Shown: positions 22,007-30,533, counted from the stretch's first letter. The stretch is DNA of 64,000 bases from Candidatus Dadabacteria bacterium (GCA_963805855.1 CAWDVW010000002.1:224001-288000), one strand, 5' to 3'. Translations and numbers: made by a program. The notes: a model not told the origin generated them from the sequence alone.

Positions 22007-22246
22007 ATGAAAACAGTCAACGTTCGTATACCGGAAGAAAAAAGGGATACTCTCAAGATCATTGCCAGCTTAGAGAAAAGAGACATGAAAGATATTATCT
22101 CAGAACTTGTCGACCAATATATTGAAAGACACAAGGAAACTCTTGAGATTCTTTCGAATCCCGACTGGGTAGAGCTGATTAGAAAGGGAAAGAAAGAAAT
22201 CGATGAGGGTATTAAGGGTAAATCCCTTGAAGAACTGGAAGACTGA
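22007..22246 (+). CDS. Type II antitoxin (RHH-like N-terminus, ETLEIL C-terminus)
   Basis: MKTVNVRIPEEKRDTLK. Overlaps the downstream RelE gene. Confidence 0.8.
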   Translation: MKTVNVRIPEEKRDTLKIIASLEKRDMKDIISELVDQYIERHKETLEILSNPDWVELIRKGKKEIDEGIKGKSLEELED

Positions 22247-22496
22247 AATAAAGCCGACTGCAGAAAAGAGCTACAGAAAGCTTGATAAAAAAACACGGGG
22301 TAGGATAAAAGAAGCTTTATTAAAATTGGAAAAAAGCGATAATCCTTTTCTGGAACAACAAGTCAGAGCGTTGACCGGCGAACTCAAGGGAGATTTTAGG
22401 CTTAGGGTTGGAGACTTAAGAATTTTATTTACGCCAGATAAGAAAAGAAAGGTAATCAGCATATATGCAATCATACACAGAGGAAAAGCATATTAG
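22227..22496 (+). CDS. RelE/ParE-family toxin
   Basis: AEKSYRKLDK, LTGELKGDFRLRVGDLRILF and IIHRGKAY. Likely TTG start at 22227. Confidence 0.88.
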   Translation: MKNWKTEIKPTAEKSYRKLDKKTRGRIKEALLKLEKSDNPFLEQQVRALTGELKGDFRLRVGDLRILFTPDKKRKVISIYAIIHRGKAY

Positions 22497-22539
22497 TATG
22501 ATTATTCTTAACATCCGCGATTGGGAACATCCCCCTTTG

Positions 22540-22893
22540 CCTGTCGTCCCCGAATGCTTTTTTCAGGGACCCATTATTTTGCTATCGTGAAGCGCAATAT
22601 CGGCTTGCCTATTCTGAGCCACCGTAAGGGCGAGCAAGCCCATGACTGTACCGGCGACCCGCCACCTTCAGTCATTCCAAAGCACGCCCAGTTAAAGTCA
22701 TACGGGGACAAGCATAATCGTGAATCCATGAATAAAAAGAGTTTCTTCTTCCCTTCGTTTTTCCTTCTATTCCTTATCACCCATTCGCCCTGAGTAGTGA
22801 GCTCGTCGAACTATCGAAGGGTGACAAATTCCAATAAACTGCCGGAAATCCCCTTACAAGTTGTCATTCCCGAGGACCGTAATCGGGAATCCA
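22540..22893. repeat. Cluster of REP/RPE-like palindromes (GTCATTCCCG..CGGGAATCCA and CCCTGAG..CGAAGGG families)
   Basis: gtcattcccgaggaccgtaatcgggaatcca (22863-22893), ccctgagtagtgagctcgtcgaactatcgaaggg and degenerate copies. Confidence 0.75.
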
Positions 22894-23037
22894 CGTGGTT
22901 GGTGAAAGTAGCTCGACATGATTGTCCTGAGTTCTGCACTTTATGACGGATCGGAGACTCTAAGAGTGGGTAAATAAGCAACTGAAGAACGAGCCTGACC
23001 CGGCCCCAGCGGGGTCCAGTGTTTAGAGACGAAGTGT

Positions 23038-23310
23038 TCAAAGCCTTTTCACAATCTTCTCATACACTATCTTCCGGTGAATGATTCCTAAAATTTCGAC
23101 TTCATTTTTAACGATTTTGAATACGATTCTTATATCTCCGACACGTAGTTTCCAGTAGCCTTTTAACGAGCCTCTGAGGGGTTTCCCATATTTCTCAGGC
23201 TCATCGGCTAATCTGGTTTTTATAGCTTCGGCGATGATCTTTTTTTGCTTCTTGTCAAGAATCGCAATGTCGTCTTCTACCTGAGGATGGTAAACAATGG
23301 TATAGGGCAT
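23038..23310 (-). CDS. RelE/ParE-family toxin
   Basis: YGKPLRGSLKGYWKLRVGDIRIVF and IIHRKIVY. Confidence 0.9.
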   Translation of the reverse strand: MPYTIVYHPQVEDDIAILDKKQKKIIAEAIKTRLADEPEKYGKPLRGSLKGYWKLRVGDIRIVFKIVKNEVEILGIIHRKIVYEKIVKRL

Positions 23311-23565
23311 TTATTTTCCCTGTAAGTGGCCAGTCCGATCCTTCCATATTTCTTCATGCGTGAGAGCTTTCTCTCGTCTAAACGTTTTCTCTCGTTCTGA
23401 CGCAATTTCACCCAGAATCATGTCTTCATGAATTTCCAGTGCCTCGCGAAGGAGATCTCGTGCTTTCAGTGAAATAGATATACCCTCCTTTTTTGCAATC
23501 TTTTTAATTGCTTCATAAAGGGGTTTTTCTAACACAACATTTATACGAGGGTTTTTAGCAGGCAT
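23311..23565 (-). CDS. RHH-family antitoxin
   Basis: NPRINVVLEKPLYEAIKKIAKKEGISIS and LTHEEIW. Directly upstream of the toxin. Confidence 0.85.
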   Translation of the reverse strand: MPAKNPRINVVLEKPLYEAIKKIAKKEGISISLKARDLLREALEIHEDMILGEIASEREKTFRREKALTHEEIWKDRTGHLQGK

Positions 23566-23689
23566 TATTACTCCTTAAATTTAATTGTTTAATAAAGTGT
23601 ATCACAAGTGATGTACTCATTCAAAAAATCTCCCATAAAATGGGTTAGTTCCGAAACGGTCAATTCTGTAATATAATTAATACATTCCA

Positions 23690-23722
23690 ATGTGTGATCC
23701 AGTACTGATAGCCGCAATCCTC
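23690..23722 (+). pseudogene. MCDPVL family copy C, cut after codon 11 by a palindromic element
   Basis: ATG TGT GAT CCA GTA CTG ATA GCC GCA ATC CTC. Upstream ccgaaacggtcaattctgtaatataat is shared with copy B. Confidence 0.7.
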
Positions 23723-23730
23723 CGCCGTTT

Positions 23731-23788
23731 GTCATTCCCGAGGATTCCCCGATCAAGGATTTCGAGGACAAGCGTAATCGGGAATCCA
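23731..23788. repeat. 58-bp nested palindromic element, identical to 25295-25352
   Basis: gtcattcccgaggattccccgatcaaggatttcgaggacaagcgtaatcgggaatcca. Confidence 0.9.
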
Positions 23789-23846
23789 TTTTTTCGTTTA
23801 CCCAGTTCCTGAATCTCAAGTTGTGTAATATAATAAATAAAAGCCC

Positions 23847-24078
23847 ATATGTGACCCAGTGCTAGTAGCGACAATCCTCAACCTACAGTCATTCCCGAGG
23901 ACTGTTGTCGGGAATCCATATCGTCATCGCGAAGGGAGAAGCCCTGTGGCGATCTCCCTATCTCTTGAAAAACTGGGATTTCTAAACGAGAGAGAAAGAA
24001 AAAGACAACAAAGGGGAAGTACATGCCGAGCAGCCTCAGCAAGATAATTCAAAAAACCGCGAGGAAGAAGAGATATAA
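23847..24078 (+). pseudogene. MCDPVL family copy D: ATG changed to ATA, in-frame ~84-bp palindrome insertion, distal frameshift
   Basis: (I)CDPVLVATIL-[insert]-LEKLGFLNER. A shifted frame gives KDNKGEVHAEQPQQDNSKNREEEEI*, similar to the tails of copies A and B. Confidence 0.7.
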
Positions 24079-24196
24079 GGTAAAGTCACCGATATCACAA
24101 AAATGATCTACCTATTTATTTTCCAATCTTTGATCCCTCGAAGTTTCGCTTTTGATCCTGCATCCATGTATCATGCATCCGGTATCCTGACTAGCC

Positions 24197-24349
24197 GTGT
24201 ATAAGTTAATAATCGCAATTCTTCTTATGCTTATATCTATTAGCGGATGTTCAAAACGAGCGGACTACAAAAACTTCTATCATGAAGGAAGGAGTCTCAT
24301 TAGGCCAGGCCATGAATCGCCGGCAGAGTATGGGAGCAGCTATCGATAG
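24197..24349 (+). CDS. Possible small lipoprotein (50 aa), perhaps truncated
   Basis: VYKLIIAILLMLISISGC (lipobox ISGC) followed by SKRADYKNFYHEG. Confidence 0.35.
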   Translation: MYKLIIAILLMLISISGCSKRADYKNFYHEGRSLIRPGHESPAEYGSSYR

Positions 24350-24473
24350 TAATCTCTTCAAGGATGTTGCGGAGGTTACACCTATTATTTGCGTACTTGC
24401 CTTTCAATATCACTTATCATCAATGTTGCGCAAAGATGCTTCCCTTTAATTCCTGAAGATTTGCTCTACGCTC

Positions 24474-24511
24474 TTGAAGATCTATCATAATCTGGCTATA
24501 ATCTAGCCAGA
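24474..24511 (+). promoter_or_regulatory. Sigma70-type promoter with an operator palindrome over the -10 box (TA module 3)
   Basis: TTGAAG (24474), 17-bp spacer, TATAAT (24497). Perfect inverted repeat TCTGGCTA-n5-TAGCCAGA. Confidence 0.65.
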
Positions 24512-24805
24512 ATCAAATACAAGATCATTTTTTCGCCGGAGGCCATTGAAGATTTTAAGCGATTATCAGCAAGAGATCGTGCTATCATGCGCGATGCCGT
24601 AGGACGACATCTAAGCCATGAACCCAATAAAACAAGTAGAAGTCGCATCAAGAGGTTGCAGGGAATCAGTCGTCCTCAATATCGGCTACTTGTCGGTGAA
24701 ATTCGAGTGTTTTATGATGTAGTAGAGGCGGCAGTAGAAATATTGGCGATTGTACCAAAATCAAAGGCCGCAGACTGGCTTGAAGGGTGGGGACAAGAAG
24801 AATGA
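24512..24805 (+). CDS. RelE/ParE-family toxin whose natural start position reads ATC
   Basis: (I)KYKIIFSPEAIEDFKRLSARDRAIMRDAVGRHL...RIKRLQG..PQYRLLVGEIRVFYDV. Confidence 0.8.
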   Translation: MKYKIIFSPEAIEDFKRLSARDRAIMRDAVGRHLSHEPNKTSRSRIKRLQGISRPQYRLLVGEIRVFYDVVEAAVEILAIVPKSKAADWLEGWGQEE

Positions 24806-25047
24806 AGAAAGTACCATTGTCAGAAGTAAAGGATCAGCTCTCCGAATATTTGCACCTGGCCGAGGAAGAAGAGATTATAATAACTCGGCATGGAAAACCT
24901 GCCGGCATTTTGATAGGGTTTGCTTCAGAGGATGATTGGTTTGATTATCGATTGGAGCATGATCCGAGGTTTTTAACCCGAGTTGAAAGAGCAAGGAAAA
25001 GCTTGCGTGAGGGGAAAGGAGTGTATCTCAAAGATCTTCCTGAATGA
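24802..25047 (+). CDS. Phd/YefM-family antitoxin
   Basis: MKKVPLSEVKDQLSEYL and IIITRHGKPAGILIG. ATGA overlap with the toxin stop. Confidence 0.9.
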   Translation: MKKVPLSEVKDQLSEYLHLAEEEEIIITRHGKPAGILIGFASEDDWFDYRLEHDPRFLTRVERARKSLREGKGVYLKDLPE

Positions 25048-25069
25048 TATGTCAAGGTAGCACCTGGGT

Positions 25070-25392
25070 ACGCAAGTTATCGGGAATCCATATCGTCATC
25101 GTAATTCGATGTACCCGGGATAGACTCCACTGCGGCGATCTCAGTACTTTGTCATTTCGAATACTTCGGTCGAGCTCAGCACAGGTTCCATGAGAAATCT
25201 TTCCGTTAAAATCATTTCTGGAAAGAAGAACAACAAGAGACGAAACAAAATAGTCAAACAAGCAAAGCCTGACCGTGGACACACCCACCGGTCTGTCATT
25301 CCCGAGGATTCCCCGATCAAGGATTTCGAGGACAAGCGTAATCGGGAATCCAGTATCGTCATCGCGAAGGGCAAAGTCCTGTGGCGACCTCC
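25070..25392. repeat. Cluster of REP/RPE-like palindromes, including the 58-bp element at 25295-25352 and GTCATCGCGA..GGCGA type
   Basis: Same composite arrangement as 23888-23956. Confidence 0.8.
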
Positions 25393-25398
25393 CTATCT

Positions 25399-25443
25399 CT
25401 CGAAGAACTGGTATACCTCGGCGAAAAGAAAGAAAAGAGCAAG
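25399..25443 (+). pseudogene. MCDPVL family copy E, 3' half only
   Basis: CTC GAA GAA CTG GTA TAC CTC GGC GAA AAG AAA GAA AAG = LEELVYLGEKKEK. Same palindrome junction (ccctatct) as copy D. Confidence 0.6.
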
Positions 25444-25447
25444 ATCG

Positions 25448-25810
25448 TTAAGATTTTGATTTGCGAGGTGTTTGGCTGTCCTCTTTTTTACGACTTTGGA
25501 TGGAGGCAAGGCCTGCAAGCAGCACAGGGGGTCTGTTAGGAAATTCAGCAACGATAGACAGCTCCCCGCCTAATGAGTGAATATACTCGCGCAGGGTTGA
25601 CAACAGCACGTCCGAGCGTGATTCAAGGCGCGAGACATTGTCCTGGCTGATCCTAAGTTTAGTTGCAACTGCTTTTTGGGTGAGATGGAGCGCCTTGCGT
25701 AACTCACGCATTGTCATCTCTTCGGCAATCAATTCCGCTGCACGGGCTTGAATCTTATCCCGTCTCTTTTTGGTCAGCTTGCTCAGCTTTTCATCAAGAG
25801 TTTTGCCCAT
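25448..25810 (-). CDS. XRE/HigA-type HTH antitoxin
   Basis: MRELRKALHLTQKAVATKLRISQDNVSRLESRSDVLLSTLREYI. Confidence 0.9.
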   Translation of the reverse strand: MGKTLDEKLSKLTKKRRDKIQARAAELIAEEMTMRELRKALHLTQKAVATKLRISQDNVSRLESRSDVLLSTLREYIHSLGGELSIVAEFPNRPPVLLAGLASIQSRKKEDSQTPRKSKS

Positions 25811-26193
25811 TATTTTTTCCCTTTCTTTTTCGTTTTTCTTGCCTTAAGCGCCACGAGATGGCTGTCAAAACGGCGGTCCGCCTTCTTTATGAGCCGTTCG
25901 TAAAATCGCTTCTCCCTCGTGCCGGATTTATCGCCAGCCATGAGAAGCACCGCTTTACGCTCGGGGTCAAAGGCAAAGACAACGCGCCACACCCCCTTAT
26001 CAGCCTTGAACCGCAGCTCCTTCATATTCGCATGCTTGGAGCCATAAAGCGTATCCACATGAGGCCGGCCCAGCTCCGGCCCGAAAGTCTCAAGTAGGGA
26101 AGCGTGCGCGTAAAGTTCATCCTGCACGGCTTCCGCCAGTTGATCGACCTCTGGCTCAAAATCGTCATGGAACGTGACAGTCCATTTCTTCAT
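25810..26193 (-). CDS. HigB-like RelE-family toxin (toxin-first order)
   Basis: FGPELGRPHVDTLYGSKHANMKELRF, WRVVFAFDPERKAVLLMAGDKSG. GC-rich relative to the flanks. Confidence 0.9.
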   Translation of the reverse strand: MKKWTVTFHDDFEPEVDQLAEAVQDELYAHASLLETFGPELGRPHVDTLYGSKHANMKELRFKADKGVWRVVFAFDPERKAVLLMAGDKSGTREKRFYERLIKKADRRFDSHLVALKARKTKKKGKK

Positions 26194-26480
26194 TTATTAT
26201 GACCCTTTTCAATATGTTGTCAAGTACATATGTATTGAAAGGCATATGTCCTCGGAAAGTCGGACACGCTCTCACTCGCACGCTGGGTGATGCTCTCCGG
26301 AATGTCTGCAAATACACCTGTTCCAACCATGGGCATATACATAAAGTTTAGCACCATAAATACCCATAAAGGGTTGCCCTTCAATCAACTCTGTCATGTC
26401 GCTTACAATATATCTTTTATATAGTTTATTAATTCTATTTAGGGATCAATATACAGCAGGTAAAAGAAATAGCAGGGATA

Positions 26481-26555
26481 ATGGCACAGCTTTGCAATGA
26501 GTGCGGTTTTAGAAGTAAAAAAGATAACTGTCTCAAGTGTGGAAGAAGGGTATAG
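26481..26555 (+). CDS. Possible 24-aa CxxC...CxxC micro-protein or gene remnant
   Basis: MAQLCNECGFRSKKDNCLKCGRRV*, preceded by AGGGA. Confidence 0.4.
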   Translation: MAQLCNECGFRSKKDNCLKCGRRV

Positions 26556-26693
26556 GTTCAAGGTTGGGCGGTTCAATGTCTGCATCACCAAACCCCTCAG
26601 TTAAAAATGAGATATTAACGTCTGTGTCCCCTCTGGCTCAATTATTGGCCTGTCCCGAAACAGTCAATTCTGTAATATAATAAATACAATTAT

Positions 26694-26840
26694 ATGTGTG
26701 ACCCGGTACTAATAGCAGCAATCCTCGAGGAACTAGGCTACTTTGACGAAAAGAAAGAAAAGGTCAAGAAGGACGAAGTTCATGATGAGGGAAGTAGCAA
26801 TGACCCTTCAGAAAACAGCAAGGAAGGAGATCAGAAATAA
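26694..26840 (+). CDS. Small protein, MCDPVL family, copy B (48 aa)
   Basis: MCDPVLIAAILEELGYFDEKKEKVKKDEVHDEGSSNDPSENSKEGDQK*. Upstream TATAAT. Downstream aaataactcatttattcatgcctgaccc is shared with copy A. Confidence 0.72.
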   Translation: MCDPVLIAAILEELGYFDEKKEKVKKDEVHDEGSSNDPSENSKEGDQK

Positions 26841-26966
26841 CTCATTTATTCATGCCTGACCCCGGACACTTTATACTGAACAAAATAATCAAACAAACAA
26901 AGCCTGGCCGTGCACATATACTATCCAAAGGGTATAATAGCTTAGTAAATTAGTAGGGAGATAAAG

Positions 26967-27212
26967 ATGACGACGAAGGGCAAAAAGAAAGCAAGGAGAA
27001 AACATGTTGTTAGAGCTCATCAGGTGCAAGTTGTAGAGCTGACAAAGGCAGGTACATCACTGAGATTAGAAATTTACGCACATAAAGAGAAAATAGGCAC
27101 GCTTGAAATTGGACGAGGTTCATTGTATTGGACTGGAAGATCTCGTCAAAAGAGTAATCGAATTAACTGGAGTAAGTTTGCTGACTGGATGGATCGACTT
27201 GCATATGACTGA
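26967..27212 (+). CDS. Hypothetical small basic protein
   Basis: RBS GGGAG and upstream TATAAT. LTKAGTSLRLEIY..KIGTLEIGRGSLYW. Confidence 0.7.
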   Translation: MTTKGKKKARRKHVVRAHQVQVVELTKAGTSLRLEIYAHKEKIGTLEIGRGSLYWTGRSRQKSNRINWSKFADWMDRLAYD

Positions 27213-27409
27213 TAGAACAACATCTTCGACCTTGCGTTTATCACGTTTAAGTGGCAGATTCCACCAAGTTCACTCCTTTCAAGTAGACCCACTTTCTCAA
27301 TTATTTTGTCTCTCTGCGTATTGCCAGATTCTTTATATATAGTATAAGATTTAGGACTGACCCCGGAGCTTTGTTAAAAAATTGGGATCAATTTAATATC
27401 AATAGAGGC

Positions 27410-27491
27410 AAGAAAATAAAAAAGTTTGTATTGATTTCCTGCGCTAGCAAAAAATTCCCGCGTAAATCCAAGGCAAAGGATTTATACATAG
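27410..27491 (+). pseudogene. N-terminal remnant of a DUF6884-like protein
   Basis: KKFVLISCASKKFPRKSKAKDLYI, cut at the inverted-repeat element. Confidence 0.55.
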
Positions 27492-27594
27492 TAACTAGTG
27501 ACAGACACGAATTAATTTCAACCTTAATAATAATTACTAGACGTAATCAGTTGATGGTCCCCCACCTATAAAAATAAGTGTCTGTCACTAGTTA
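27492..27594. mobile_element. 103-bp MITE/REPIN-like element with perfect 17-bp terminal inverted repeats
   Basis: TAACTAGTGACAGACAC (27492-27508) and GTGTCTGTCACTAGTTA (27578-27594). Confidence 0.7.
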
Positions 27595-27788
27595 TTTATT
27601 TCTATGTTTAGTATCAACAAACGGACTGTCAAGCCAATCCGATTTTAGGGGAACTGCCCTTACTCCCTCTTGATGAGTCATTCGCAATATCTGCCTATAT
27701 CTTGCAATAAAATCTTCCAATTTTCTAAAGAATATTTCAGAAATCTGTATTACTGTTTTTATTATATTGAAATGATTATATTATAGAA

Positions 27789-28787
27789 ATGCTTGAAAAC
27801 AACTTGAAAGATATGGTCGCTAAAAGATATGGCAAGTTAACTGTAAAGCACCGAGTATTCCCTAATGATAAACAAGGGGCTGCACAATATCTCTGTAAGT
27901 GTGATTGTGGTAAAGAAAAAGTTGTCAGGGGATATGTGTTGCGTAAAGGAGACACCAAATCTTGCGGTTGCTTGCGAGGACAAAATGCCCTCAAATTAGC
28001 TGGAAAAAGGTTTGGAAAGTGGACAGTTATTGAACGTGTAGAAAATAACGATAGAGGAACTTCCAGATGGTTATGTGAATGTGAGTGTGGCCGTCGTAAG
28101 GAGGTATTGGGGAATAATTTGGTTCAAAATAGAAGCAAATCTTGTGGCTGCGTAACTGTGGAAAATACAATTCGACGCAATTTTAAACATGGTTTTAGAA
28201 AACGAGACGCGGAACATCCGCTCTACACAACTTGGCTAAATATGAGAGATAGATGCAATAATCCTAAAAATAGCCATTGGAAACATTATGGAGGCAGAGG
28301 GATTAAGATATGTGAAAGGTGGAATGATTTCACAAAATTTATTGAAGACATAGGAGAAAGACCCCGTGGAGCGACCCTCGACCGTATTGACAATGATGGT
28401 GATTACGAGCCTGGAAATATAAGATGGGCTTCACATAGAGAGCAAAGAGCAAACCAAAGTCTGGTTTTTCAAGAGATGTATATTTATAGCATGAATACTA
28501 GTCTTGGGAAATCTGGGGGGAAGGGCAGATATGGGAAGGCTAGGTCTAAAGCTTATAACACTTGGAGTGGAGTGGTTCAAAGATGTACCAATCCAAAAGA
28601 AACTGCCTATGAATATTACGGAGGCAGAGGTATAAAGGTTGACAAATCTTGGAGAGAAAGCTTTTTAAAGTTTTATAAAGATATGGGTGACCCGCTCCCA
28701 GGATATGAATTACATCGTTTAGACCACGACGGAAATTATGAACCTGGCAATTGCGTGTGGGCAAAAAAAACTAGAAGGAAATTGTAA
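27789..28787 (+). CDS. Phage-type HNH-like endonuclease with duplicated Zn-binding repeats and two nuclease-like domains
   Basis: Two copies of (Y/F)GK(L/W)TV..CxCxCG..SCGC, and two copies of RCxNP..YGGRGI..L(D/H)R(I/L)DxDGxYEPGNxxWA. Confidence 0.8.
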   Translation: MLENNLKDMVAKRYGKLTVKHRVFPNDKQGAAQYLCKCDCGKEKVVRGYVLRKGDTKSCGCLRGQNALKLAGKRFGKWTVIERVENNDRGTSRWLCECECGRRKEVLGNNLVQNRSKSCGCVTVENTIRRNFKHGFRKRDAEHPLYTTWLNMRDRCNNPKNSHWKHYGGRGIKICERWNDFTKFIEDIGERPRGATLDRIDNDGDYEPGNIRWASHREQRANQSLVFQEMYIYSMNTSLGKSGGKGRYGKARSKAYNTWSGVVQRCTNPKETAYEYYGGRGIKVDKSWRESFLKFYKDMGDPLPGYELHRLDHDGNYEPGNCVWAKKTRRKL

Positions 28788-28833
28788 TGGTCGGAATGGA
28801 CTCGGAACAAATGATGTCAGTAGAAGAGGAGAC

Positions 28834-29178
28834 ATGAGAATGAGTATTATCTCAGACGCAAAAGAAATTGTGAAACTTGTGAGAAAGTTGGACGACGTCG
28901 AATTATACAGAAAAATTCTAAAACTGGAAGAAGAAATTATTGAGATTACTCGAAAAAACAACGACCTACAGCAGAAAATAGACGAACTTAAGAAAATTAT
29001 CGAAACAGAAACAAGCCTAGAATTTCGTCCGCCTTTTTATTACAGAGCGGGTGATGATATACCATTATGCCCTAAGTGCTGGGAAGTCGATAAGAAAATT
29101 ATTCACCTTGTTAATGTGAGAACTGCCTTTAATCCGTTGAGGTGTCAGTCATGCAGGTCTCGATACCCTCTAAGGTAA
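28834..29178 (+). CDS. Hypothetical coiled-coil protein with C-terminal zinc ribbon
   Basis: RBS AGAGGA before ATG 28834. LCPKCWE...RCQSC. Confidence 0.7.
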   Translation: MRMSIISDAKEIVKLVRKLDDVELYRKILKLEEEIIEITRKNNDLQQKIDELKKIIETETSLEFRPPFYYRAGDDIPLCPKCWEVDKKIIHLVNVRTAFNPLRCQSCRSRYPLR

Positions 29179-29400
29179 TTCATAGTCTAGCAAAGGAGAA
29201 ATCATATATTCGCTCAAGGAAGTTAATTAAAGAGAATATGGCGTTTAACTCAGTGCGGAAGAAAACATAAAGGTAAAGGGTATTGCTCCATACATTATCG
29301 AAGAGCCTCAAAATATGGAAACCCTTATGAGATAAGAATGAAAAGTTCCGCGAGACGCTTCAGTATGGACGGTTTTTGTCCATACCACTAGGTAATTTTA

Positions 29401-30313
29401 ATGGCTGAATTTAGAAATAAATTCCAGTGGTCAATTTCAAGACAGAGGAACTTCGACAAATGCAAACGACTCTATTATTACAGTCACTACGGTATGTGGG
29501 GCGGATGGGACATGTATGCACCAGAAGAAGCCAAGCTATGTTATAGATTATCAAGGATGACCAATCTACAAATGCTTGCGGGAAGTGTAGTACATGCGAT
29601 GATTAAGAATTGTTAAAAAGCGTTAAAAGTCCAAACTTAATGAGCCTGGATACTCTAAAGATAGAGCAAGAAATAAGCTTAATGGAGCATGGAAGCAGTC
29701 TAAGGAAAAGGGATGGCTTGAAAGCCCTAAGTGGAATATCAATCTATTTGAGCATTACTACAACAGGAACCCCTCAAAGGAATACTTAGAAAGAATAAAA
29801 TCCAAAGTAATGGACTCTTTAACTAATTTTTATAATTCAGAAATATTCTTAAACATAAAAGGAGTTGATTCTCTCTATTGGAAACCCATCGAACAATTTC
29901 AACAGTTGCAAATAGAGAATTACACAGTTGGTCTCAAGATGGATTTCGCTATTGAAATCGACGGGAAGTTGGAAATTTATGATTGGAAAACAGGAAAGGA
30001 AGACGATTCAAATATTGAACAGCTGGTTTGTTATGCCCTTTATGGAGAACAAGAATGGGGATATAGTCTTGACGATATTATTTTGAAGATATTTTATCTT
30101 AATGAAAACCAATTAGAGCAACATAATGTTTCGGCTGAGCAAAAAGTTGAGGCAATTGAAAGGATAATTCAAAATAGCGAGAGAATGCTCAGTATGCTCG
30201 ATGACAAGGATAACAATGTTGCCAGCAAAGACAATTTTCCTATGATTGATAACCTGAATGAATGCAAGTGGTGCTTTTTCCAAGAGATGTGCTATGGGGC
30301 TTCAGTCGAATAG
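29401..30313 (+). CDS. PD-(D/E)XK nuclease (RecB/Cas4-like) with two single-base frameshifts near 29605 and 29658
   Basis: WSISR..CKRLYYY, GSVVH, KMDFA..IYDWKTG, QLVCYA and CKWCFFQEMC. The bridging frame reads RARNKLNGAWKQS..LFEHYY. Confidence 0.8.
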
Positions 30314-30426
30314 GCGTTGATTTTCTAACGGCTAACTTAAATCAAAGGTACTAGAAACCGCTTGAGCTGACATCCCGTGTTATCCTTCTTTGAAGTCTCT
30401 TATCGTCTTTCCAGGTGGTTCACTTT

Positions 30427-30477
30427 GTACACGACCTACACAGCCGATTGATTATGAACCTAGTGTAGTAAGTGTAC
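30427..30477. repeat. ~50-bp imperfect hairpin repeat, family H, copy 1
   Basis: GTACAC-gac-CTACAC...GTGTAG-taa-GTGTAC. Homologous to 32263-32310 and 34552-34600. Confidence 0.65.
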
Positions 30478-30533
30478 TTGTGTGAGAGATAGAAAGTCGT
30501 TAATTACGAATATTTAAACCTCCTACTGGTATT

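Noticed and set aside
22521-25459. Short ORFs made of palindrome translations (22521, 22574, 22811, 23589, 25052, 25141, 25190)
   Set aside because: They translate the REP-like elements (for example MDSRLRLSSKSLIGESSGMT) and are unlikely to be genes.
29401-30313. cas4 as evidence of a CRISPR-Cas locus
   Set aside because: No cas1, cas2 or array nearby. Stand-alone PD-(D/E)XK nucleases are common.
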